DNA of 64,000 nucleotides, from assembly GCA_963815115.1 (NCBI GenBank), contig CAWFFN010000005.1, positions 1,472,001-1,536,000 of the forward strand, given 5' to 3'. The notes under the pieces were generated by a model, which saw only the letters and a list, made by a program, of their open reading frames with translations, did not search any database and was not told the DNA's origin. Below, in pieces: positions 20,951 to 29,605 of the stretch (position 1 is the stretch's first letter; each line of letters begins with the position of its first letter). Both the position numbers and the translations under genes were made by a program. The stretch comes from an uncultured delta proteobacterium (GTDB lineage Bacteria > Desulfobacterota > Binatia > DP-6).

Positions 20951-23761
20951 ATGACTCGAGGGCGGACGCCGGGAGCTGTGAGCCTGGGGGGCCTCGTCAT
21001 CGTTGCGCTCCTGGTGGCATCACCCGCACGCGCGCTCGTCATCGAGGCCGGCAGCGTGAAGCTCGCCTCGCGCTCGGACGACGTTCGGGTGAAGGGACGC
21101 TACGACGGCGTCACGATCGACGGCGCTGCGGCAGTCGTGGTGACGATCGATCGCGTGTCCCTGCGAGTGCCGCTCGCGTCGTTCGCCCGCAAGCGGAGCA
21201 TCCTGACCCATCGCGGCCCGGGCGGACCGGGGCAGATCTCGCGCCTCCGGATCGACCTTCGCAAGCGACGCTTCCTGTTCACCGCCACGGGCTGGGCGCT
21301 CGCCGGTCTCTCGAACCCGTTCAGGTTCGCGATCGGCACCGACGCCGCCACCGACTGCAGCATGGCCCGGCTGCGTGGCCGCGCCGGTCGGCGTCGCAAG
21401 CGCCCCACGATCCGGCTGGCGGTCGTCCGCGCGGACGCCTGCGGTGGCCTGGGGATCCCGCGCGTGAGGCCGGTCACCGTTCCCGTCGGCGTCTCGACCG
21501 AGGTGCGCGTCCGGGTCGACGTCCCGGCGGGGGCCGGTCTGGACACCGCGAGCGTCCGTCTCTTCCGGACCGACGGCGCCGGGAGCCCGGCCGGCGACGC
21601 GCTGTGCACGATGTCGCCGGACCCCGCCGCTCCCGGTGCCTTCGGCTGCTCGACCACGGTCGCCGAGGCGGCCGCGTCGCTCGTCCCCCTCGTCGTCACG
21701 GGCCGGGCGGCCGGGGCGGACGTCTCCTCGCCCGGCGTGACGCTGCCGGTCGTCGCGCCGCCGACCGATCAGGACCTGACGGCGGTCGGCGCCGCGGCCG
21801 AGGAGGCCGAGGCCCTCTGGGAGCAGAGCCGGGACCGCCTCGGCGACACGCTCGCCGCACGGATGGAGACGCTGCGCGCGCTGGGCGGCGTACCCGGCAT
21901 CATGGACGCGGCGCTCAGTCCGGACGGTATCGACATCGTGATGCGCTATACGACGGGCTGGCTCGGCGGTCTCGTGCTGAACCGCCCCGCCGAGGATGGC
22001 GGCGCAGCGCAATCCGTCCCTCGTCCGGAGAAGGCGACGCCCTCCGCACACCTCGCCGGATCGGGTACCCCGCTCAGCGTCTTCCGCTCGTGTCCCGCCG
22101 AGGGGTCCGGCGTCTGCTGCACATCGTCGACGGCGCGCGCGCCGCTCCTCGGCCGGCGCGTGCTCATCTGGTATCCGGGCTTCTTCAAGGTGGAGGACGG
22201 CCCGATCGCGCAGCAGAAGTTCGCTGCCGGCGCCTGCCTCGGCTTCGGCAAGCCGCACATCGTGACCGGCGCCGCGGCCGATGTGGCCTCCGTGCTCGAC
22301 TTCCCGAACTACGAGACCGTCGTGATCTCGAGCCATGGCATCGTGGACGGATACGACCGCGTCGTGCTGGTCACGGCCGAGGGCGGCACGCTGGAGTCGC
22401 TACGAAGCGAGGAGAAGCGGCTCGCCGACGGTGACGTCGAGGTCGAGGTGTTGCCGGTGAGCAAAACGCAGGGCCTGCTCGGGGTCTCGGAGGATTTCAT
22501 CGCCGCCATCCCCGGCCGCTTCCCGCCCAACGCCATCGTGTACGCCAGCCATTGCTACAGCGCGTACAAGAATGGAGCGCTTCCCTACGGAACACTCGGC
22601 GTCGGCGTCCACTTCGGCTACGACTGGACGACGCACCAAGACTACACCTCGTCGGTCGTGGGGCAGCTCTTCGAGCACCTGGTGAAGCGGTACGAGACGA
22701 CCGGCGACGCATACGACGCCGTCTCGCCCAAGGTCGACCCGCACGCGCTCTTCGGGCACGTTCCCGATCCGACCTCGTTCCGCACGCTCGCCGAGCTGGC
22801 CCAGGCGAACTTCGTGCCCACGGGACTCCGCATCATCGCCTACGTGGGAGCGGCGAGCGTCACGCCGCAGACGTCCGACCTGGCCCCGGGCGAGCAGGCC
22901 GTGCTCCGGGCCGACGCCCAGGGCAGGGGGTCGTGCGAGCTCACCTTCCACTGGAAGAACACCGCCGAGCACGGACACCTCACCGGCGATGGGCCGCCCG
23001 ACGACTTCGAGGGCATGCAGGACGAGGCGACGTACACCGCCAACGACTCGTCGAACGACGAGGGCATCGACGACGTCGGGGTCGAGCTGACCCCGCCGGA
23101 CGGCGGCAATCCGATCGGCGTCGCCTGCGCGGACGTCGACACGAAGGGCGGCTGCGGTGACGGCGTGCGCCAGGATCCCGAGCAGTGTGATGGGACGGAC
23201 GATGCGGCGTGCCCGGGGGAGTGCACGGCCTCGTGTCTCTGCGGCACGCGCTGCGGCGACAACCACGTCGACCCGGGCGAGATCTGCGACGGTACCGACG
23301 CCGACGTGTGCCCGGGCAAGTGCAAGTCCGACTGCACGTGCGCGATCTGCGGCAACAGCACGACCGATGCGCCGTTCGAGGAGTGTGATCGCTCCGATGA
23401 CGCCGCGTGTCCCGGCCGCTGCACCGCGGACTGCCGGTGCGGGTGCACTCCCGGCGATCCGAGCAGCTGCCCTGGTCAGTGCTGCGATCCGCTCGACCAC
23501 CTGTGCGGATACCCGGCGCGCACTGCGAGCGATCCGCCCGTGGGATCGCCGGGCGCCTACTACACCGCGTCCGGCTGCTGCGGCAACGCGCAGCTCCCGC
23601 CGGACTTCTGCGGTGGGCCGGGTGGCTTGGCCGTCTGTCCGACCACGTGCGAGGAGAAGCCACAGCGCAGCTATGAATGCCTGTACTGCGACGGCAAGCT
23701 GCTCGAGTGGATCTGCGGCGCCGACAGCTGCACTGACTGCTCGGGGCCGAGCTGCAAGTAG
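20951..23761 (+). CDS. Large secreted protein with putative clan CD (caspase/gingipain-fold) peptidase domain and Cys-rich C-terminal repeats
   Basis: Signal peptide; VVISSHG and IVYASHCYS motifs; three CG(D/N)...E.CD..D...CPG.C...C.C repeats at about 23150-23445. Confidence 0.7.
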   Translation: MTRGRTPGAVSLGGLVIVALLVASPARALVIEAGSVKLASRSDDVRVKGRYDGVTIDGAAAVVVTIDRVSLRVPLASFARKRSILTHRGPGGPGQISRLRIDLRKRRFLFTATGWALAGLSNPFRFAIGTDAATDCSMARLRGRAGRRRKRPTIRLAVVRADACGGLGIPRVRPVTVPVGVSTEVRVRVDVPAGAGLDTASVRLFRTDGAGSPAGDALCTMSPDPAAPGAFGCSTTVAEAAASLVPLVVTGRAAGADVSSPGVTLPVVAPPTDQDLTAVGAAAEEAEALWEQSRDRLGDTLAARMETLRALGGVPGIMDAALSPDGIDIVMRYTTGWLGGLVLNRPAEDGGAAQSVPRPEKATPSAHLAGSGTPLSVFRSCPAEGSGVCCTSSTARAPLLGRRVLIWYPGFFKVEDGPIAQQKFAAGACLGFGKPHIVTGAAADVASVLDFPNYETVVISSHGIVDGYDRVVLVTAEGGTLESLRSEEKRLADGDVEVEVLPVSKTQGLLGVSEDFIAAIPGRFPPNAIVYASHCYSAYKNGALPYGTLGVGVHFGYDWTTHQDYTSSVVGQLFEHLVKRYETTGDAYDAVSPKVDPHALFGHVPDPTSFRTLAELAQANFVPTGLRIIAYVGAASVTPQTSDLAPGEQAVLRADAQGRGSCELTFHWKNTAEHGHLTGDGPPDDFEGMQDEATYTANDSSNDEGIDDVGVELTPPDGGNPIGVACADVDTKGGCGDGVRQDPEQCDGTDDAACPGECTASCLCGTRCGDNHVDPGEICDGTDADVCPGKCKSDCTCAICGNSTTDAPFEECDRSDDAACPGRCTADCRCGCTPGDPSSCPGQCCDPLDHLCGYPARTASDPPVGSPGAYYTASGCCGNAQLPPDFCGGPGGLAVCPTTCEEKPQRSYECLYCDGKLLEWICGADSCTDCSGPSCK

Positions 23762-23972
23762 CGTGGCCGGCCGCACTCGTCAGACTTCATCCCATACCGA
23801 GAGCCGAACGGCCGCCAGGTAGCGGCCCGCTACCCGAGAAGTAGCGCACCTCTCGGGAGGGTCCCATGGGAGGCGGCCGGCGACGCGCGAGCCCCATCAG
23901 CAATCTCCTCGGGGTCGAAGTTCCCCTGGCCCGATGGTCGCCTTCGCAGACCCGGAGGATTTGAGGTGACGT

Positions 23973-24815
23973 ATGGAACAGAACCGGCAAGGTGACGTCA
24001 GAGGCGAGTATGCTCTCGCAACCGGCGAGGCGGCTACGCACCGGCTTCGGGTGTTGCATGGCCTCTACGGGGCGGGCGCCCGCCGTGTCCTTCTTCGGGC
24101 TGGGATCGGGCGCGGGATGCGGGTCGCCGACCTGGGATGCGGCATAGGCATGGTGACGACGCTCTTGGCCGAACTCGTCGGTCCCGACGGGCAGGTGGTC
24201 GGAGTGGACGCCAGCGGCGAGCAGATCGCTCGAGCGCGCGAGCTGTTGCCCCCCGGCGTCTCGAACGTCAGCTTCATCCAGGCGAGCGCGGCCGACACCG
24301 GATTGCCCGCCGAGTCATTTGACCTCGTCTATTCCCGCTTCCTCTTGCTTCACCTCACCGAGCCCGAGGAGGCCCTGCGGGAGATGCATGGTTTGCTCCG
24401 GCGGGACGGTGTCCTGGTCTGCGAGGACGGCGATCTGACGTCGGCAGGCAGTCATCCTCCTTCGGCGCTCGACGCCTTCGCCGACCTCTGGGGCCGTCTG
24501 GGTCCCACTCGCGGGCTGGACTACACGGTCGGTCGCGATCTCTTTCGGATGATTCTCGCGGCCAATTTCTCCAGCCCGGAGATCACCTTCAACCAACCCG
24601 TGGTGGCTCGCGGCGAGAACAAGCGATTCCTGGAGTGGTCGGTGGCAGAAGCCGGTCCAGCGTTCCTTGCCGCAGGACTCGTCACGCGCGGCGAGCTGGC
24701 TCGCCTGCTGGGCGAGATGCAGCGGATCGCGGAGGATGAAACGGTACTCGCTCTGATGCCGCGGATGAGCCAGGTATGGGCGCGAAAACTCGTTCCGTGC
24801 GCATCGGCGGCGTAG
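23973..24815 (+). CDS. Class I SAM-dependent methyltransferase
   Basis: VADLGCGIG, VVGVDAS, FDLVYSRFLLLHL; GAGG RBS upstream. Confidence 0.9.
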   Translation: MEQNRQGDVRGEYALATGEAATHRLRVLHGLYGAGARRVLLRAGIGRGMRVADLGCGIGMVTTLLAELVGPDGQVVGVDASGEQIARARELLPPGVSNVSFIQASAADTGLPAESFDLVYSRFLLLHLTEPEEALREMHGLLRRDGVLVCEDGDLTSAGSHPPSALDAFADLWGRLGPTRGLDYTVGRDLFRMILAANFSSPEITFNQPVVARGENKRFLEWSVAEAGPAFLAAGLVTRGELARLLGEMQRIAEDETVLALMPRMSQVWARKLVPCASAA

Positions 24816-24866
24816 CACTCCAGCGCCGTCTCGCGCCCTGGGCTGCGACGGTGCGGCCGGGCGGCC

Positions 24867-25313
24867 TCAGGCAGGATACTTGCCGGTGATGTAGTTCTCG
24901 AGGTGCTGGATGGTCTCCTCCTGCTCGGAGATGATCGACTTCACCAGGTCGCCGATGGAGACCACGCCCACCACTTCGTCGCCCTCGAGCACCGGGAGAT
25001 GCCGCACCCGGTTCGCGGTCATGAGAGCCATGCACGCGTCGATCGTGTGATCGCGGGTCACCGAGATGACCGCGCTCGTCATGATCTCGCCCACCCGCGT
25101 CTCCTTGGAGGATCTCCCTTTGAGGATGACCTTGCGGGCGTAGTCGCGCTCGGAGACCACCCCCACGAGCCGGCCCTCGTCGATCACCAGCAGGGCTCCC
25201 ACACCTCTTTCGGCCATCATCTCGATGGCCTCGTAGACGGAGGCGCTCGGGAGCAGCGACCAGACCTCGGCTCCCTTGTGCTTGAGCACGGTGGAGATCG
25301 TGACCACCAGCAT
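24867..25313 (-). CDS. CBS domain-pair protein
   Basis: GALLV...[12 protein letters not shown]...VGEIMT...RVRHLPV...VSIGDLVK. Confidence 0.92.
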   Translation of the reverse strand: MLVVTISTVLKHKGAEVWSLLPSASVYEAIEMMAERGVGALLVIDEGRLVGVVSERDYARKVILKGRSSKETRVGEIMTSAVISVTRDHTIDACMALMTANRVRHLPVLEGDEVVGVVSIGDLVKSIISEQEETIQHLENYITGKYPA

Positions 25314-25428
25314 CCTGGCCCTCTCTCGCGCGTCCGGGCGCGCCTTCATGCCTAATACGATGGCTCTGCCTCGGACTGCAAGAGCGGTTCGCCCCGGTCG
25401 CGCGGACGAGATCACACACCCGGCCCCT

Positions 25429-26109
25429 CTATCGGACGACGCCCGGCGTATCCGTCGCAACCACCTGACAGCGCAATTCGAACGGATGCGCGATCGGCTG
25501 CGGCGGCTCCGGCGGAGTCCCCTGGGCTTCGCTCCACCATCCGAACGCCCCCTCGCGGGTCGCACTCGCGACGACCCACGGGCTCCAGGTGTCGGGCGCC
25601 TCGTTTCCGAGACGTGGCAGATGGAACAGCTCGAGCGCATCGTGCCGCGTCGGCTGCCCGGAGTCGGGCCACGCCACCTGGACGCCGTAGCTCGTGCGGC
25701 CCTCGACATCCGCCTGCCCCAACACGTCGTCGATCGCCCACACACGGAACTGGTCGCGGACCTCGAAGGTCACCGACTGGAGGCCTCCCGTCCGGACGCT
25801 CTCGGGCTCGAACAGCTGGACCGACAGCAGGCTGCCGCGCTCGTCCGTCATGAGCGGATCGGGCAGGTCGCGCGCGACCGGCACCCGCAGCTCGCAGTGG
25901 CGATTCACCCAGTTGCCGGTGACGCGATCGCGAACGTACACGAAGTTGGTGCGCGTCGTGCGGAAGTGTTCCGCGACGTAGCGGCTCGACGGCCCTGCGG
26001 CCGGGCACGCGACGACGGTCGCGAGGCAGGCTGCGCCGGCGAGGGCCGTTCCGCCACGTCGGATCAGGACCCTCCTCGCAGGCGCCCTGACCGGATCGAG
26101 CGTCGTCAT
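25429..26109 (-). CDS. Hypothetical exported/lipoprotein
   Basis: Basic N-terminus, hydrophobic stretch ending VVAC; plausible codon usage. Confidence 0.55.
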   Translation of the reverse strand: MTTLDPVRAPARRVLIRRGGTALAGAACLATVVACPAAGPSSRYVAEHFRTTRTNFVYVRDRVTGNWVNRHCELRVPVARDLPDPLMTDERGSLLSVQLFEPESVRTGGLQSVTFEVRDQFRVWAIDDVLGQADVEGRTSYGVQVAWPDSGQPTRHDALELFHLPRLGNEAPDTWSPWVVASATREGAFGWWSEAQGTPPEPPQPIAHPFELRCQVVATDTPGVVR

Positions 26110-26139
26110 CGCAACCGTCCAGCTTCAGGCACGCCGGTT

Positions 26140-29100
26140 CTATCGTGCAGAGCGCGGCCGGAATCGAGCCCGCAACACGGCGCCGTGCGGACGCGGCGGG
26201 CCGGGCGCGCTAGAGAGCTCCCAGGAGACCGGCTGCGTCGGGTCGGGCTCGTAGACGCACAGGATCCCCGTCCGGACGCTCCGCTCGAGGTGGTGTCCGA
26301 GCGTCGGGCTCTCCTCCGCGATCCGGCGGACGGCGCCGCGGATCGCCTTGGTGACGGCGGTCCGCGCCCGCTCGGCGGGTGAGCCGGCCTGGCGGAAACG
26401 GCCGCCGAGGCCGACGGCGCTGGCGATGGTCGTCGTCAGCCACTCGATCTCGGCCTCGATGGGCGCGATCCGCCCGAGGTCGTGCTCCGCCGACGACTCG
26501 TCGAGCGCCGTGCGGAGCGCGGCGAGGCGGCTCGCGTACTCGGCGCGGCTTCGCTCGTCGAGCACCGGCTCGGCGGGACCCCGCCGGCCGGGCGACCCGG
26601 GTCCGGTACCGGCTCTGCCCGTCCCGACGAGCTCCGTCGCCGCGAAGGCTTGCCGCGGGTGGCCGACGAGCAGATGCAGGTAGCCGAGCCCCCGGGCATC
26701 TCGCAGGCGGACGACGTGCTCGCCGCTGCCGACCGTCCAGTACTCCCCCTCGAGACGGAAGACCCACCGGTGCGTGGCCGCGTGCGTTCCATGGACCGCG
26801 CAGGGCGGGGCGGTGCCGAGCCGCTCGAGGCGCGCCACGAGCCGCACGATGCCGAGCGCCCGGGCGGTCGCGAGCGCACCGTCGAGCAGTTCCTGCGCGC
26901 GGGCGCGGTCGGCGGGGGCTCCGCGGGCAAGCAGCATCTCGCCCCACGCCGCCCGGGTCTGGGCGACGAAGGGCGCGGCTCCCGTCCGGGAGTCGGCCGC
27001 CTCGGCTCGCGCGAAGTGGTCCGCCGCGACGTCCACGTTCCCCTGCGTCGCCGCCAGGTGACCGAGGTAGCGCTCCACGGAGCCGAAGCACGCGGAGTGG
27101 GCGACGACGATGTGCAGGTGGGCGTGGGGCTCGAGCAGCCGGTAGAGGACCGCGGCGCGCGGCGTGTCGGCGAGCAGCGCGGCGGTCTCGGACGTGTTCA
27201 TCATCGCCGGGAACCAGTTGCCATCTCGCGGGACGCCGCCGAAGTCGTCGGCGGCGAGGAGATCGAGCTCGCGACGCGCTTCCTCGACCCGTCCGAGCTC
27301 CGCGCACACGCGCGCGAAGGCCGAGCGCCAGACCGGCAGCATCGGGAAGCGCTCGGCGAGCTCGCCCATCGTTCCGACGACGTCCTCGAGCGCACCCGGC
27401 CGGCCGCCCTCGAGCGCGAGGGCGACCCGCTGCACGGCGAAGAACTGGAGGGCGGTGACGCCCTGGCGCTCCTCGATCGCCGCGGCCTCGCGCGAGAGCG
27501 CGGCGGCACGCTCGAAGTCGCCGCGCATGAGCGCGCGCGCGGCACGGAGGAGCCGCGCCCGCCAGCGGAACTCGGGAAGCCGGAGGCCGTCGGCGAGGTC
27601 GGCGTAGCCCGCGATCTCCCGGTCGGCCGCGCCGACGTCGCCGTGCTCGAGGAGGTGCGCGACGTACCAGCCGGTCGCGACCAGCTCCACCTCGCGGAGC
27701 CCGAGGCTCGCGGCGACGCGCGCCGCTTCCGCGGTGAGCGCGAGCCCCTCGTCCGGCGTGTCCGGACCCCAGATGGTGAAGTGTCGCCGGATGAGGGCGG
27801 TCGCGAGGACGTCCGGCCGCCCGAGGCGACGCGCCATCTCCACCGCCTCGCCGGCGAGCGCGGCGCCCCGCGCCCGCGCCTTCGTGAAGTAGAGCGCCTC
27901 CCCGAGGCGCCCGAGCAGGTGGGCGCGCAGCGGCACCTCCGCCGGGCCGATGGCCGCGAGCGCGTCCTCCAGCAGGTCGACCAGCCGGCGATCCGGGCCG
28001 CCCGACTCGGTCGGCGCCGAGTGCCCGAGGCCGAGCGCGGAGCGGGCGAGCAGCTCTGCGTTTCCGAGCCGGCGCGCGGCGGCGGCGGCCTCCGCGAAGG
28101 TGGCACGTGCCCGCGCCGGGTCGGCCGCCCGGCGGTACGCCTCGCCCAGCACGAGGAGGATGGGAACGCGCTCCGTCTCCCCCGACCCGTGGGCGGCGAG
28201 CGCCGCGAGCGCAAGCTCGCAGTGCCGGGCGGCCTCCTCGGGCGCGAGGCGCGCGAGCGCGTGCTCGGCGGCGCGCCGCGCGTAGCCGGCTGCGCGCTCG
28301 ACGTCGCCTGCGCCGGCCGCCTCGAGATGGTGGTGCGCGATGGTCGCGAGGTGCGGCTCGAGGTGGCCCGCATGCAGACGCTCGAGGGTCTCACCGGCCT
28401 CGCGATGCCGCCGCAGACGCTCGGCGGGTCGCAGGTCCTCGTAGTGCGCGTCGCGCACCAGCACGTGGGCGAAACGGAAGCGGCCGGGATGCCCGGCGAC
28501 GGGGGCCAGGAGACCGAGGTCGATGGCGTCGGCCAGCAGCTCGACCAGGCGTGCGGCCGGCGTCTCCGCGAGCCCGGCCAGCACCGGAAGGTCGAACTGC
28601 CGCCCGAGCACCGCCGCGAGCCGCAGCACGTCGCGCGCCTCGGGCGCCAGTGGAGCGCAGCGCTGGCGGATCGCATCGCGCACGCCGTCGGGAATGGGGA
28701 GCGGCGCGGGTCGATCGATGCCCCGGGGACCCTGCTCGACGAGCAGCAGCCGAACGAGCTCGTCGACGAAGAACGGGTTCCCGCCCGTCGCCTCGTGGAT
28801 CGCCCGCACGGTCTGGGGCGTGAGCGCACGGCCCGCCCGGCCGCCGGCGAGCGCCGCCACCTCGGTCTCGTCGAGGCCGCGGAGCGAGAGGGTACGCCCC
28901 TCCCGCGCGAGCCGCGCGAAGAGCTCGGCCGTCGCCGGGGAGCTGCGGATCTCCGTCTCGCGCATGAGGCCGAGCACGAGGAGCCGGCTCGCGGGCGCCG
29001 TCCGCGCCACGAAGAGGAGGAGCAGGAGTGACGGGGAATCGGCGGCGTGGAGGTCGTCGAGCACGAGCAGCGTGGGCGTCGCCCCCGCCGCCTCCCGCAG

Positions 29101-29544
29101 GAGCGCCGCCGTCGCGTCGAAGAGCAGGAAGCGGGCGCGTTCGGCCTCGACCTCCGGGGGCCGTGACTGCCGCGGGAGACGCTCGGCCAGCTCCGGCAGG
29201 AGCCGGACCAGCTCGCGGCTGCGGTCGCCGAGCGCCAGCAGGAGCGCGTCGCTACCGACCTCGTCCATCAGCGCGCGCACCGCCTGCACCCACGGCCAGA
29301 AGGGCGGCGCTCCGCCGCTCTCCCACGCCCGGCCCCAGAGCACCGGCATCTGCCGCTCGCGCGCCCGGGCCGCCAGCTCGATCGCAAGCCGCGTCTTCCC
29401 GATGCCCGGCTCGCCGGAGACGAGCACGAGCCCGCCTTGCCCGGCACACGTGCGGGCGAGCGCGTCGGCGAGGATCCCGATCTCGAACTGCCGGCCGACG
29501 AACGACGGCGATCCGGCCGGCGCGCCTGGCACCTCGGGCTGCAC
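26140..29544 (-). CDS. STAND-type AAA ATPase (AAA_16) with TPR-like repeats and conserved C-terminal domain
   Basis: FVGR, Walker A GEPGIGKT, Walker B LVLDDLH, TGGNPFF, F.F.H.LVR; C-terminal FRLEGEYWTV...ERARTAVTKAIR...RTG..C.YEP. Confidence 0.9.
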   Translation of the reverse strand: MQPEVPGAPAGSPSFVGRQFEIGILADALARTCAGQGGLVLVSGEPGIGKTRLAIELAARARERQMPVLWGRAWESGGAPPFWPWVQAVRALMDEVGSDALLLALGDRSRELVRLLPELAERLPRQSRPPEVEAERARFLLFDATAALLREAAGATPTLLVLDDLHAADSPSLLLLLFVARTAPASRLLVLGLMRETEIRSSPATAELFARLAREGRTLSLRGLDETEVAALAGGRAGRALTPQTVRAIHEATGGNPFFVDELVRLLLVEQGPRGIDRPAPLPIPDGVRDAIRQRCAPLAPEARDVLRLAAVLGRQFDLPVLAGLAETPAARLVELLADAIDLGLLAPVAGHPGRFRFAHVLVRDAHYEDLRPAERLRRHREAGETLERLHAGHLEPHLATIAHHHLEAAGAGDVERAAGYARRAAEHALARLAPEEAARHCELALAALAAHGSGETERVPILLVLGEAYRRAADPARARATFAEAAAAARRLGNAELLARSALGLGHSAPTESGGPDRRLVDLLEDALAAIGPAEVPLRAHLLGRLGEALYFTKARARGAALAGEAVEMARRLGRPDVLATALIRRHFTIWGPDTPDEGLALTAEAARVAASLGLREVELVATGWYVAHLLEHGDVGAADREIAGYADLADGLRLPEFRWRARLLRAARALMRGDFERAAALSREAAAIEERQGVTALQFFAVQRVALALEGGRPGALEDVVGTMGELAERFPMLPVWRSAFARVCAELGRVEEARRELDLLAADDFGGVPRDGNWFPAMMNTSETAALLADTPRAAVLYRLLEPHAHLHIVVAHSACFGSVERYLGHLAATQGNVDVAADHFARAEAADSRTGAAPFVAQTRAAWGEMLLARGAPADRARAQELLDGALATARALGIVRLVARLERLGTAPPCAVHGTHAATHRWVFRLEGEYWTVGSGEHVVRLRDARGLGYLHLLVGHPRQAFAATELVGTGRAGTGPGSPGRRGPAEPVLDERSRAEYASRLAALRTALDESSAEHDLGRIAPIEAEIEWLTTTIASAVGLGGRFRQAGSPAERARTAVTKAIRGAVRRIAEESPTLGHHLERSVRTGILCVYEPDPTQPVSWELSSAPGPPRPHGAVLRARFRPRSAR

Positions 29545-29605
29545 CCCGCCGGTCTATTACCTGACGGCGGGGTGGCGGTGCCAGGGCGAAGGAAGAGATG
29601 CAGCG

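Noticed and set aside
26140-26215. C-terminal extension of the STAND ATPase
   Set aside because: An out-of-frame TAG sits right after WEL; probably a small indel, not a real domain.
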